DNA from: Marsupella aquatica
Lineage: Eukaryota > Plantae > Marchantiophyta
Direction: 5' to 3'
Assembly (NCBI GenBank): GCA_973895155.1
Contig: OZ316893.1
Location: 7,464,963-7,528,962 of the forward strand
DNA: 64,000 bases
The position numbers and the translations under genes were made by a program. Positions 13,836 through 25,900 of this stretch are shown in pieces. The notes under the pieces are model-generated. The model ran no database searches, was not told the DNA's origin, and saw nothing but the letters and a program-made list of their open reading frames with translations. The stretch's first letter is position 1, and each line of letters begins with the position of its first letter.

Positions 13836-16800
13836 TGTGACGCCGCCAGTACGGCGAGTAATGAGTAATTCGATCTAAACCGTGCCTAGCACGCGCGTTA
13901 GGAGCATCTTAGGTCGCTATGATTAGCATAACGACAGTATTTTAGGTAGCCATTATGAGTAGGAAATCATTAGTCAATAAGGGGAATTCATGTTCGGGCT
14001 GGCGGCGCGTCGCCATTTGCAAGCCCGGGTTACAAGCGTGGAGGGGCCCCTCCCTCGGGTCTGTATAACGAACTTCGGGAGGCGTCCACTGACACGCGGT
14101 GACTCAGACCGGCGGAGTGGCCGGTACACTACAAGCGTGAACGGTTCAGCCTATAGGCAACGAGGAGATGTCGAGGATCGGCAAGCCCTCAAGGTATAAA
14201 AAGGGAGCCGACCCTTTGGAGTGCACCAGTCCATCAGTCCACACGTCAGCTTCGACCCCAGCTCTCTCGTTCGCTCTAAGTCGCCACTACTATCTCCTCT
14301 GAATGTCGCACACGATCCTCTCCAGTTCGGCCATTCGATTCTGGACGTAGTTCCTATCTACCTGAAGGCACTTGGCCGACTCATTGAAACACGCCAACCC
14401 GCGCCGATACGAAATCGAACGCAAGTACGAGAGAGCCATCCGCCTAGCAGGACGACACCACTACATCCTTAACTTTGACTACCCGTCTCAGAGCGAGCTT
14501 TACCGACCAGCGATATCTGGGTACTTCTTCAACGGAGACAAATATATCGGTTTCTGGGAAGCATTGCTTTGGCTTCCGGACGAGGTCTTCAATATCCCGG
14601 GTATGATCGACTTGCAATGACATCACTTTGACCACATCCCTGCTTAGGTTCGGGCTATCATCAACAGCGAGTCCAACACTACCCGTTTGACAAGGTCGTC
14701 CGCACTTGCTTTAGAGAACTTCTACCAGCACCTGCAGAGCTTCATGGGAACTAGACCCGCAAACACCGGCGCCAGCCCAGTGGACCCCATACCCATACCC
14801 GTACCAACGCAGACTCAGGCTCAGGCTCAGCTTCAGGCTCAGCTTCAGTCTCAGTCTCAGCCTCAGCCTAGCCAACCCCCACCGCCGATCGCCCCGCCAG
14901 CAGTACAAGTACGCTCCGTCATCAACGCTGTGGACCTTAGCGACGACGACGAGGCTATCCCACCCTTGCTCAGGCGGCCCAGAGGAGCAAACACTCAGGG
15001 GGCCGACACTACATCGTCCCCTCCCCATGCTCGGACCCAAGGAGCGGCTCCAGCAGACAACACGGTGACTGTGGCCGCCCCGGGACCAATACTAACGGCG
15101 GTAGCACTACCTATGCCCGATCGAGAGGATGGGGAGGTGTCACCTTCCCCGAGCCAGTCACGGGGGAAGAAGAGGAAGGAACCCGCCACTCCATCCGGGT
15201 TACCATTGGCCACGGTAGCTGTGGCCAAGGTGACAATGCACCGCATGGGGGAAAATGTGCATAAGAACATCCTCCATCCCAAGCATGCGGTGTACCTGAA
15301 GACTCAGGGATTCGAGCACCTCGCCGCTCTGCCCTGGAACACTGGCAGGTACTACGGGGAGGACATGACAGAATTCATCAAGAATTATGATGATGCACGT
15401 CAGCATACTCGGCTGCGGGGAAGGAATATGTCCCTCACGGAAGAACGGCTCAAGATGATCTTCGGATTACCCGAAGGTGACCATCGAGTCGAATCATGGG
15501 CTCCCGGGGGCAAGGGAGCCAAGTACCAATCCTCGAGTTTTCCCTCAGAAGGAGCAGTGGACAACGGGCTCGTGATGAGGACCTGCCTCATCCCCGAGGT
15601 AGCTGAGCGACTGGAGTTCCAAAGGTACGCGCTCCACATGATGGAACCCCGGGGGGAGATCTCCGCCGCCCAGGTTATCCAGGTCGAGAACTATCGACCT
15701 AGGAAGTGGGCGTCGTACTTCGCTAAGAAATTCCATGAAGAGATGGAGCGTCGAAGGAAGACGTTGTACATTGGCGGGAAGGCGTATTTTGCCAGCCACA
15801 TCGAGATCATTCTTGAGTGGTACGCTCGGTTTGATCGACGAACCCTTCCCCGTGTTAACGTTACAAAGCTGGTCCCAGCTAGGTGGGTTTTTCCGGCCTT
15901 GGAGAGATGGCCCCAACCCGAGGCCCGAAGTCCAGCGGACACGCAAGCTTCACCCACCCCACCTCCACAAGTAGCTGTAGTCGTAACCGAGGAGGTACCG
16001 GATGGGTCAGTTATCGCAACCGTTGATGCGATCCAACAGGCCGGGCTAAGTACAGAAGTCGGTACAGCGGAGGTCTTACTCAAGCCCGGGTCTCCCAAAG
16101 ACCCACCGGTGGCTATTCCGGAGAACCGGACATTACTGCAGGAGGACACTCCAGCCCCTTCCAACATTACGTCCCCAGGGCTGGATGTCACTGCCCCGGC
16201 CCCCGCGCGTGTTGACGTCTGCCCGTGCCCAACTCCGGACAGGCACAACCTGGACCACCCGGAACTCTTTGTACCGGGTACATTTCTGAACGGGCTTCTG
16301 GGAGATTTCTCTCATCAAATTGCCCGAGATACCGGGGAGTTCATGGCTCGGAAGGTAGCCTGTTTCTTCAATCAGGAGTTAGTTGCCGCAGTAAAGGAGG
16401 TCGGGCCCAGTCAGAGGCCCTTAAGAGGATAGAGCGGTACCGGGTGGAGTCCGTATACTTAAAGAACGAAGTTGTGGCTCAAGAGGCTGAGCTTCTGCAA
16501 CTACGACCCAAAGTTGCAGCCGCCGATGATTTGTTAGCAAAGGCGCACGCCCTTACCGCCAAGCAGGCCAAAGCTGGGAATGAGGCCGAGATTGCACGAC
16601 TCTGGAATGAGGCCGAGATTGCACGACTCTGGCAGAAGGACCTGGAGGAGGCCAAAGAATGGGCCTAGCGGGACACTGCGGAGATAGCCACGCTATAGGC
16701 CGAAGTGGCACGGCTCCAAACCGAAGCCGAGAAGCAGGACCAGCTGGCGGGCAAGCTGACGAGCGACGCCCAGCAGCTGGAGGAGGCATGCCAGGAGGCA

Positions 16801-17837
16801 GCAGAGGAGACAGACGCGGCAAAGCAAGAGAACGAATCTTTGCTGGACCAGGTCCAGCTCCTCAAGGCAGACAACGATAGACTTCGTAAGCAGTGGGATG
16901 GCTGCTCCCACTCGGGCGGCTCTGGCAAGCGTACCAGGCATAAGCGGCGGAGTAGGAATAGAATAGGGTTAGGAGTAGCTAAGTCAGGCTATTGGGACAG
17001 GCACCTGCCTTAGTTACAGCAGCACTGCCATGCTGTCCAGCCTGCGTAGATTAGGATCTTCTAATAAGATACAACCGTTTTTCGGCCTGACAGTCAGATT
17101 AGTTAGGACCTAAGTCAGCGAATCTTTGGTCAGGAGGACACTTCGTTCCCCGGCCCTTAGTATTTAGTGCACCCCTCGGTAGAGGCAAGGGGGGGTTTTT
17201 AGTCTCAGAGTTGGACATCCATGGTATGCGCGGGGAGTCCCAACCTCTGGGAGTGAAAGAGTACCAAGGGGAGGGGGTAGGACTAAGCTCGTCGGGCGAG
17301 TGCGGAGCCAGGCTCCGTTGTAGTATACTGTCTCGGCCTTGAATCTGTTCATTCCGGAGCTGTCAGGTCAACCAAGTGTACGCACATGTCCCCTATGTAG
17401 TAAAATCCTTTCCCATTATTTCCTTCGTGTAAATCGAGATTGTATGCTTGTACGCGCGTATGTGTGTGTGAATCTTGTGTATAGGTGGCAACGCCGGGCC
17501 GAATGCACTACCCGAGTCGTGCACGGGGTGCAGCGTGCGGATATGTGGTTGCAAGCACGGGTTGAGGACCTGTATCATTGAATCCGGATCAAAGGCGGAC
17601 AACATGAAGGCTTAGAAGTCCTTAAGCCGGGGTCGATCCTGTCTAAGGTACGTTCCGGCGGTGGAACATAAACCATACCTAGGAGATGTCCGTATCTAAC
17701 AGTAGGCGCACTTAGCGCTAGTTTATGTGAATTAGGTGCATTACGCGCTTCCCTCCCTGCCCGAACCCTCATATTTACGAAGGAGGTGCCCGTTTAAAGC
17801 TGAAGCCCGAGTTAAGGCCAAGGCTGATGACGTGACA
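13836..17837 (+). mobile_element. 4002-bp solo LTR (family 1) containing a long ORF
   Basis: TGTGACG...CGTGACA termini; perfect 5-bp TSD ATGAA (13831-13835 / 17838-17842); TATA-like TATAAAA at ~14196; no gag/pol inside. Confidence 0.8.
14372..17013 (+). pseudogene. LTR-internal ORF: Pro/Gln-rich region, PMD/Transposase_32-like domain, C-terminal coiled coil
   Basis: 14372..14620 and 14687..16432 share a frame; frameshift near 16420 into the frame of 16225..16668 and 16705..17013; motif LAALPW...EFIKNYD...RLRGRNMSLTEERLKMIFGLP. Confidence 0.65.
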
Positions 17838-18949
17838 ATGAATTTGGATCATTTCAAGATTCTCAAGCAGCTAGATAGGGTCTTTGGATTTGTCTTTGAA
17901 AAAACAATTGAAAGCTTAGGGGCTCAAAGTTAAAAATGACTCGGTATTCACTAGTTTTGAATTGAATTTCTTAATTTATGGCTTGTGCATTTCAAAAGCC
18001 TCATATCCTTGGATTGAATCCAAAGTAGGATACGTGGTATCCCATTTCGTATTCAACTCCTGAACTTACGGCTTGTGCATTCCCACTCCTCATTTGGTTC
18101 ATCATTGTGTTTATTGTGAGATACCCAATGGGATACCCAGTCTTCACATTCAACCTCTGTCTTTCAGACCTAAGGTGAGAGATATTTAGAGGTTGAATAC
18201 CAAATGGGATACTTGGTATCCCACTTTGCATTCAACATTGAATTTTTCTATCTTTTGATTCTAAAATGCGTGTGATTCACCGGTTGAATCCGAAATGGGA
18301 TACGCGGTATCCCATTTTGCATTCAACCTTGAATTTCTTGCATTTTGCACCTAAATGCTTCATGTTCAGAGGTTGAATGCAAAGTGGGATACCCCGTATC
18401 CCACTTTGCATCCAACCTCATTTTTTCACGTTTATGATACCCAAAGTGGAATTTTGAAGATTGAATCCCAAATGGGATACGCCGTATCCCATTTGGGATT
18501 CATCCTCATCATTTCCAAAAAGATATATCATTCTCACTTGTTCATATTCTAGTTTGATTCGGGGGGATACAAATTTGCATAGAGAGTGTGGAGTCTCGGG
18601 GGAGCAAGAGGATGCGGGAGCAAGAAGAAATGAGCGGAACGATTTGATCATGGCTCTCCTATTTCTAGTTTGCCCCCGACCGTGGTCAATTTCTAATTGC
18701 AGTTTCATCGCAGTCAGTTAAAAGTTACCATTAAAAAGAATTTTCTAGGAATATTCTTGATGGGTAAAATGACCTTGCCCCTTTTACTGCGTTTGTTGTT
18801 TTTTTCTTTTTGGAAAACTGCGGTGGGATCCGAAATGGGATACGCCGTATCCCAGCTTCGAATTCAAGTCATTTTTTTTCGTTTTTAAAATCTAAAATCT
18901 GGGTTTTTAGAGGGAATACCAATTCCATATCTAGTATGTTTTTGCCTTA

Positions 18950-21900
18950 ATCAGTCTATTCATTAAAACTGGAAAATTCTTTGATATTTGGACATTTAGG
19001 CACCAAAAAATATATATTTGGGCACAAGAATTGTACATTTGGGCAGTGGGAGTTATACATTTGGGCACCAGAAGTTGTACATTTGGGGGATCAAGATTGT
19101 ACATAGGAGAAAATGAAATATTAATTTGGATTCTAAAGAAAAACATTTGGGTGATAATAATGTAAAATATGTTGGATAAGAAGTAGAACTTACTTACATT
19201 GATTCAATCTAACTAATAGAATATAACTATCTAGTAAAGCTTCAATATGATCTCTACCCATATAACTAGTAAAGCTTCAATATGATCTCTACCCTCTAGC
19301 TAAATTAACCTTCTACTTAGTTACTAATTGAATTAAAGCATTTAATATATTAAATTTGAATGATACCTGGCTTACTATCCATTCAGACAAGTAATTTTGT
19401 TACATTCTAAGCAACTCGAGTTGAAACTAAGGTTTACTAGTAAGAGGCAGTCACATCCTATCATGGATATTAAGACTTCATGTAATATATAGTCTGTATT
19501 GATGTAATAATTAATTAAAGCAATTATAAAGGTATCCAAGTCCAATTACCTCCACCTATTCAAACTAGTATCCCAAATTATTATAATAATTAGTTACTTA
19601 AATAGATATACTACTTAGTACTAACCAACAGTAAGTACTAAAGACATGTCTGATTCCAAACTAATTGACATAGACTCCCTCACTCCCGCCCTCACTCTGA
19701 CATGTCTAATTCCAAACTAATTGACATAGACTCCCTCACTGTGATAGAGTGACTACTAAAAACCATTTGACTTAGTTACTCAACAATCCCTTCCATGTAG
19801 GTTTTGAGTGTTTTCAAAACATTCTTGGGAATGGTCAAACCTCTATCAATTATATTTTCTTCTCTAGAGCGTGACTTGAATCCATACTTAGCAGAATTAG
19901 CAAATTGCCAACGTTCAGTGGCACTATCAAACCCAGGATCCACCTCCCATTCAAGTCTTAGTGGTCTGAAAGCAACGTGAATATCGCACATGATCTGGTG
20001 CATCATGTTTACCATGTTTAGGCCTCCACCATTGCACTTGGAACATAGGAGCATACCGTGTACTAGTAGGAGAATTCTCATTGCATTGCAAGTCTCCTTA
20101 AGGAACTTCATGGTTTGGGTCCACAACACCCAAAGCTCTCACCAACCAGAAACGTTCTTTCCCATTCTTCTTTTCCTATTCATCCTTTGGACGGAGAAAT
20201 ACAAAGTGACCCTCTTGAATGTCCTGCAGAGGAATCCAACGTGCAAGTTCACGCTCGTGTCGAGCGCCAACAAATGTTGCAGCTTGATCCTCCATCTCTT
20301 CCAGGTACTCATTCTGAAGCTCCACCATTTCTGGATTCTGTGTACTACTACTAGGCTCCCCAATGGTTCAGAGGTTTCTGTACTATTAACCTTGTAACCA
20401 GTTCCGTGGTTGGTTTTTGGCCAGAACTCATATGTCAATGCTAATTGTATTTCTGCCTCCCCTTCAATTGTAAGCTCCCCGGATAATACTTTCACCACCA
20501 TCTCCCAATATTTCACCAAAGGAAACCGCTCACGATATGCTATAGAGGTCTCATCCTTACAGCTCTTCTTCAAAAACTCAATGTAACGTTTAAGGAATGG
20601 GATGATTTCTTCAACCTTGCCTCGTACATCCCCGGAGATGGGTTTTGCAAATGGTTGACCTTCTGGTAAAATGAGAGCATTGGTGTTGGAATCAGTTCTC
20701 CAAATGGACCTTCCGGTTGGAGGGTACCAAGGTTGTTTCACATGTGCTTTGTATTGATATATTGGAACATTATCTCTCATAGAGAAAAGAAATGCCACTG
20801 GTTTTGAGTGACCCTCTATGTCTTTTACCTTGAAAGTTTTCAAAAACTCTTTGTAAGTTGTAACCTCTTGGATCAACCGTGGGACAGGATGAATGCTTTC
20901 ACACTCCCAAACCTCAGCCATCAACCCCAAGAGGGTAGAAACCTCCTTGTACTTCACTTGGTTGGATACTTTCGAAAACAATGCATCGACATCCTCATGG
21001 GTGTGACCAACCATGAGAAACGACATCTGCACTGTTTCAAAAACCCCTCTACTAACAAGCTCACTGCAAAATGCCATCACGTACTGGTTTTTGTTATCTT
21101 TCCCTGAATTATCCATTTGCAAGGTCAGGTGCCTTGGCAATGGTTTGAAAGAGGTAGATGTAGCCTTGGGATCAACACCAAAGTTGTCATCCACCATATT
21201 TGATAACCCAAGATCTTGGTCATGATCTTCAGCTCCTTGAAATCTAGCAATTGAGACTTTTTTGGGTTCTAAGTAACCAGCGAGAAATGCTTCAAAGTCC
21301 AAAAGAGATTGAAAATTTGGCCTCGTTGCAGCCCAATATAATCCTTCAAGGAGGTCTCCAGATTTGTCCCCCTTGTAATCCTCTAGATCTCTAAGGCACT
21401 TGGCCAATGATGTCACTATGAAGTCTGCATCTCCCGGCCAAAGCCCAATGAAACTGAAGTGAGCATACACTATGGGATCCCTTCCATGGGTCAACATCCC
21501 AGTGAGCGCAATGGGGAGCGGTTGACCACTACCAGACAATGATTTAGGAGTGGGGACCAACCTAGGGATCCATGTCTTGGCTTGGTCCATCTTGTCATGT
21601 ATAATGCAAAGATAGTTCTCAGGATCCTTCTTCGCAAGAACCCTATGAGCATAGTAAACATATCTCCTAGACATTTGCTCACGAAGATGGCGAGCTCTTC
21701 TTTCCTCAATCTCTAAACGCTCTTTCTTTCTCTTCTCCCACATCAACTGATCTTTGAACTCAGTGCAAAGTGTACACTTTGCAAATGCACTTCCCTTGTG
21801 AAAGTCAAAATTCATGAAGGACTCACTCCAGAGTTTATACATAGTGTTTTTACTCACCTTCACGTAGCCATCTAATTCCATTTTTGAGTATACCTCCTCA

Positions 21901-22172
21901 AAAATCTCTTTCTTTGTGAAACAAGATGGAAGTCTGTACTCAACCGTGTCAGTACCATGAGACCCTCCATAGGGAAGATGCGGCATGGGTTCTCCGTTTT
22001 GGGTTAGAATGGACTCCAACAAAGCACGAGCGTGCAAGGTGCTTCCCCGTGTCTTGTGTGAACCCTTGTTTCCATGGAATCCAACCGTGCAACCTGCTTC
22101 ATATTGATTTTTGTAATCATAATACTTGGCAATGTTGAATCCATGCATTTTAATAAATGCACCCTTGCAAAC
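18950..22172 (-). mobile_element. Sola-like element, copy 2, truncated at its 5' side by MULE A
   Basis: End ATCAGTCTATTCATTAAAA plus TGTACATTTGG repeats (18990-19110); transposase breaks at VCKGAFIKMHG directly against the GGGTAT MULE end. Confidence 0.75.
19776..22172 (-). pseudogene. DUF7869/Sola-like DDD transposase, 5'-truncated, frameshifted near the C-terminus
   Basis: CTLC Zn motif, IIHDKMDQ, LQMDNSGKDNKN and FLMVGHTHEDVDALF in ORF 20139..22148; C-terminal fragments run to 19776. Confidence 0.75.
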
Positions 22173-22941
22173 GGGTATAACATTGGTGATAGGAAATAGG
22201 TAACAGAATTCCTGTTATCAGGTAACTCTTAACTGGTAACAGGAAAGTCTTATGGTAAAAGTGTACTTTTTGGCTAAGTTTGCCAAAAATTAACGTCATT
22301 TTCCACCACATCATCAAGTTGAATGTCTTCTTAGTGCCAAATGTGACGCAGTCAGATATAAGCCAAGGGTGTGGTCACAACTGCAAAGAGAGGTTCCAAA
22401 CCGAGTGTCCATCTGTTCTACATGAATAATGTTGTCATAGAATATCCCTGCTATTTAGATACAGCATCATTTCAGAACAGTCCAGTTCAGAAAGCGCAGT
22501 TCAGCCTATGAGAAGGAAAAATAAAATCCATGCAGGAATGGAGTAATTTATGGTGGGACCCACCCTAAATCCAGTTATAGGCTTAAACAACCAATCGACG
22601 AAGAAGGGTTCTGGCATTTTCAATATTGGAGTCGGACAAAGTGTGAAACTAGCACCACACGCTAACAAAGCTTTAACAGGGACAAAAGTTTAAGTTAAGG
22701 GACAACAACATGACAATAACCAGATAAAATTCAAAATTTAACAATATTAATGTTCTGGAACCAGCGCCAGGCGCTAACCTAAAGCAAGAAAAAACCAGTG
22801 TAATATCCGTTGACTACAGACAAAAAGCATAGTATCCGTTACGAAAAATGATAGTCTCTAGAATGTCGTGTTACTCTACAAACCATTCGCGTTCTGCCTA
22901 TCCAGCACGAGTCTGACTTCCGCAACTATGAAAATGGGCTG

Positions 22942-25900
22942 TGTGATGCCTAGACAGGAATCACTCGGCCAGTTAAGTGGGTAAAGCAGGAAGGCACCCT
23001 AGGAACACCTTAGTATAGGGACAAAACAAGGAAAATATAAACCATTAGGGGCAACCATGGAACCCGGGCCGAGGCCGGAGGTAAGGACGCCGAGGGTGAA
23101 AACTCGATTAGGGTTAGGGCGCGTTAAGCGTCGGCGGCTAGGAAGGATCAACGGGAAGAAGGACCGGCAGAGGAGAGGGGTAAGGAGCGCTTGCAGGAGA
23201 TTGTGGCTCATTTGCGAGCACGAACTAGGCAGACGACTACGGGAGGCCAACTACTGTCAGCTGCTTAGGCAAGCACTCGGGGGGAGAGTAGATACCGACG
23301 ATCGACCTAAGGAGGGTATGAGCAACGTCAATCAAGCGACATATTTCTGGGGATGCCTGTTCGAATGGGCAACTGAGTACATCAAGACTTATGAGGATGA
23401 GGAATCAGAAAGGGCAGCTCAAGAATGGCAGGAGCTCGCTCGATTGTGGGAGCTGCGCAAGACGGCTTTCTTAGGAGGCGAACTCATCAAGGACGAGTTC
23501 CTGTGGACGCCTACCTCCAATCAACTCGACGATCTTCTGTTTTGCAAAGACAGCATCGTTGGCATCCAAGAGGCCATCAAGAACTGCAACGACATACACT
23601 AGGAATTAAAGGGTAGCACGGAAAGGTGGACCCAGGCAACGGTGCTAGGAGAAACCTCCACAGCAGCAGAGATGAAAAGGAAGGGAGCCGTCAACGATGA
23701 AGCCACCCCGGCAAAAAGAACGAGGTCGGCGGCACCAAAGAAGCCAGCCGAGCAGCAGAGCAGGAGGCAGGGAGAAGCCGAAGAGGAGGAGGTCGATCCC
23801 ATCAAGGCCATTCCAACCAGGGATGACACCTGGAAGGGCTGGGCGGCAACCCTACCGGTGGAAGTGCAACTACATTTTGCACGGGAGGAGGATGCATGCT
23901 TTACGGCAATGCAGACCAAGAAGTATCAAGGCTTCATGGCCGGATCCGGCTTAGAGGCCTTTGTAAGATTACCATGGCTGAAGTCGGAGGTACCGGAGTC
24001 AGACCTATTAGAATTCGTGGGGTCATGGGAACCCGAGACCAATTGCACGAGGATATATGGGAAGGATTTCTATCTTACTCCCAAGGTAATTGTCGAAGTG
24101 TTTGGCTTGCCGATAGGCAATAAGACCAAAGTTGATACCAGGAAGACCTTGCCTGACAAGGAGTTCCGGTCGTTCCCCGGGCCATCAACGAAGAATGGCT
24201 TCTTCCGGAACACCTGCACCAACCCGCACATAGGAGAGATGATCGACTTCTTGCGGGTGACCATGCATTGTAACTTGTCGAGGGCAGAGATCGGCAAGGC
24301 ACAGGTCTATCTGGCAGAAAGGCCAGACCCAAGCCGGGACTACAACGGGTACCTCCTCAACCAATTGAAGAAGATCTTAAAGGAGGAGCAGCAGGTAATC
24401 GGCATGGGGAGCGTGTCGCGGCTTGGCTATCACATGCTGCTGTTGTGCCGGTATGCCAGAGGTCAGACTTTTGCCCCAGTACTTCCCCTGTAGGTAAGGG
24501 CACCCGAGGAAGCTCCAACGCCGAGGTCGTTGGCTGAGAAGCCTCAACCACCTGTTAGCCCTACGATTGAGCAGGTGTTTAGACCCAGGAAGGAGGACCT
24601 GCCGATGCAGCAACCAGGCATGCAGAGTCTGCTGAAACTACTGGAGAAAGAAAAGAAATCGGCATCGGCAACAACAACGGCAACAATGCAGAACACTACT
24701 ACAGAGGTAGGCCTACACCGGCTCACAAGAGAAAACCCCTTTGCTGGAGACAAGGAGAGAATCAGGCCGGAATCCAAGCCAGGTGTTCGAATGTATGTGG
24801 GAATCTCAAGCTCCGAATCTGAGGCAAAATTGCCTGAAGCTCCTACCGACGAAGAAGAGAGGGAGAAGCCGGACGTCCAAGAAGTAGAGGAGGCAGTGGA
24901 GGACTGCAGCCATGATAATTCCGGCTATGGGTCGGACCATCACGTTCCAGGAGTAAGGACCTGTGGCCGGTTTGTCCCCACACTTCCAAGGGTAGTGCGA
25001 GGGGACCCCAACCAGCAGAGTAGCCCTGAGTCTCCCCCACCAGATGTTTCTCCCTCGAGCTTTGACGGCATAAAACAGATGGTGCAGGAATTTCAGGAGC
25101 GAATCAGGCAGGACGAGGAGGCAGCCCTGGCTAGGGAAAAGGATTTACCAGGAGGAGATTGGCCGGAGGACATCAGGCGGCTAGCCAAAAAAGGAAGCAA
25201 ACCTCTAGCCACGATTGAAGAGATCCGCAAGACGGCTTGGGAGCAGAGGCCGCGATGGGCGATGCCGATCACTTCTACTTACTCCACCTACGCTAAGAAT
25301 AGAGCCATGGAGTATGGTGAGATGTGTGGGGAACTTGCGCTCGGCATCTTTGGAGAGGAGTTGGAGGTAGGACCCTTTTTCCATAGGGAGCAGTTGGAGA
25401 AGCACCAATTAGAAGAAGCGGTGGCTTTAGAGAGAAGCAAGAAGGACGAGGTCATTCGGCGGCTTAGGAGGATGGAAGCCGAGATTGAAGATCTAAGGGC
25501 GGCGAAGAAAGCCCAAGATGAACTGCGGATTAAACGGCATGAGCTGAACATCATGCAGGGGCAGTTGGACATCGCGCAGGCTGAGAATCAGAATATCAAG
25601 GATAAGCTGACTCAGACGCAGGGAGAGTTGGCCGACACGATCAAAGAGAGGGAGAAGTGGAAGCAAGAGCTGAAGAATACAGAGGAGGCCCACATAACAG
25701 CCAACAGCCGGGCCATGGCGGAGACCCAAAGAAAGGAATGGGCGTTGAAGGGGGAGCTCGAGAAAATCCGCGGAGCCCTTGAGCAGAAGGAGGCCGAGTT
25801 AGGGAAATCCTATCAAGGGATTATGGCGCTGCAGCAGGAGCTTGCGTCCCTGACGGCCAGCTTCAAGGCCGACCTAAGGGAGAAGGATGAGATGCTCGAT

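Larger units (their letters stand above)
12114..18948. repeat. Non-coding, palindrome-rich TE segment (split by the solo LTR at 13836-17837)
   Basis: TGGGATAC-NNN-GTATCCCA cores at 12460, 13471, 18026, 18205, 18296, 18385, 18473 and 18836; segment starts CACAGTG at 12114, right at the transposase breakpoint. Confidence 0.7.

Noticed and set aside
17940-18870. Palindromic repeats as a CRISPR array
   Set aside because: Irregular spacing, variable repeats, partly similar spacers, no cas genes, eukaryotic TE context
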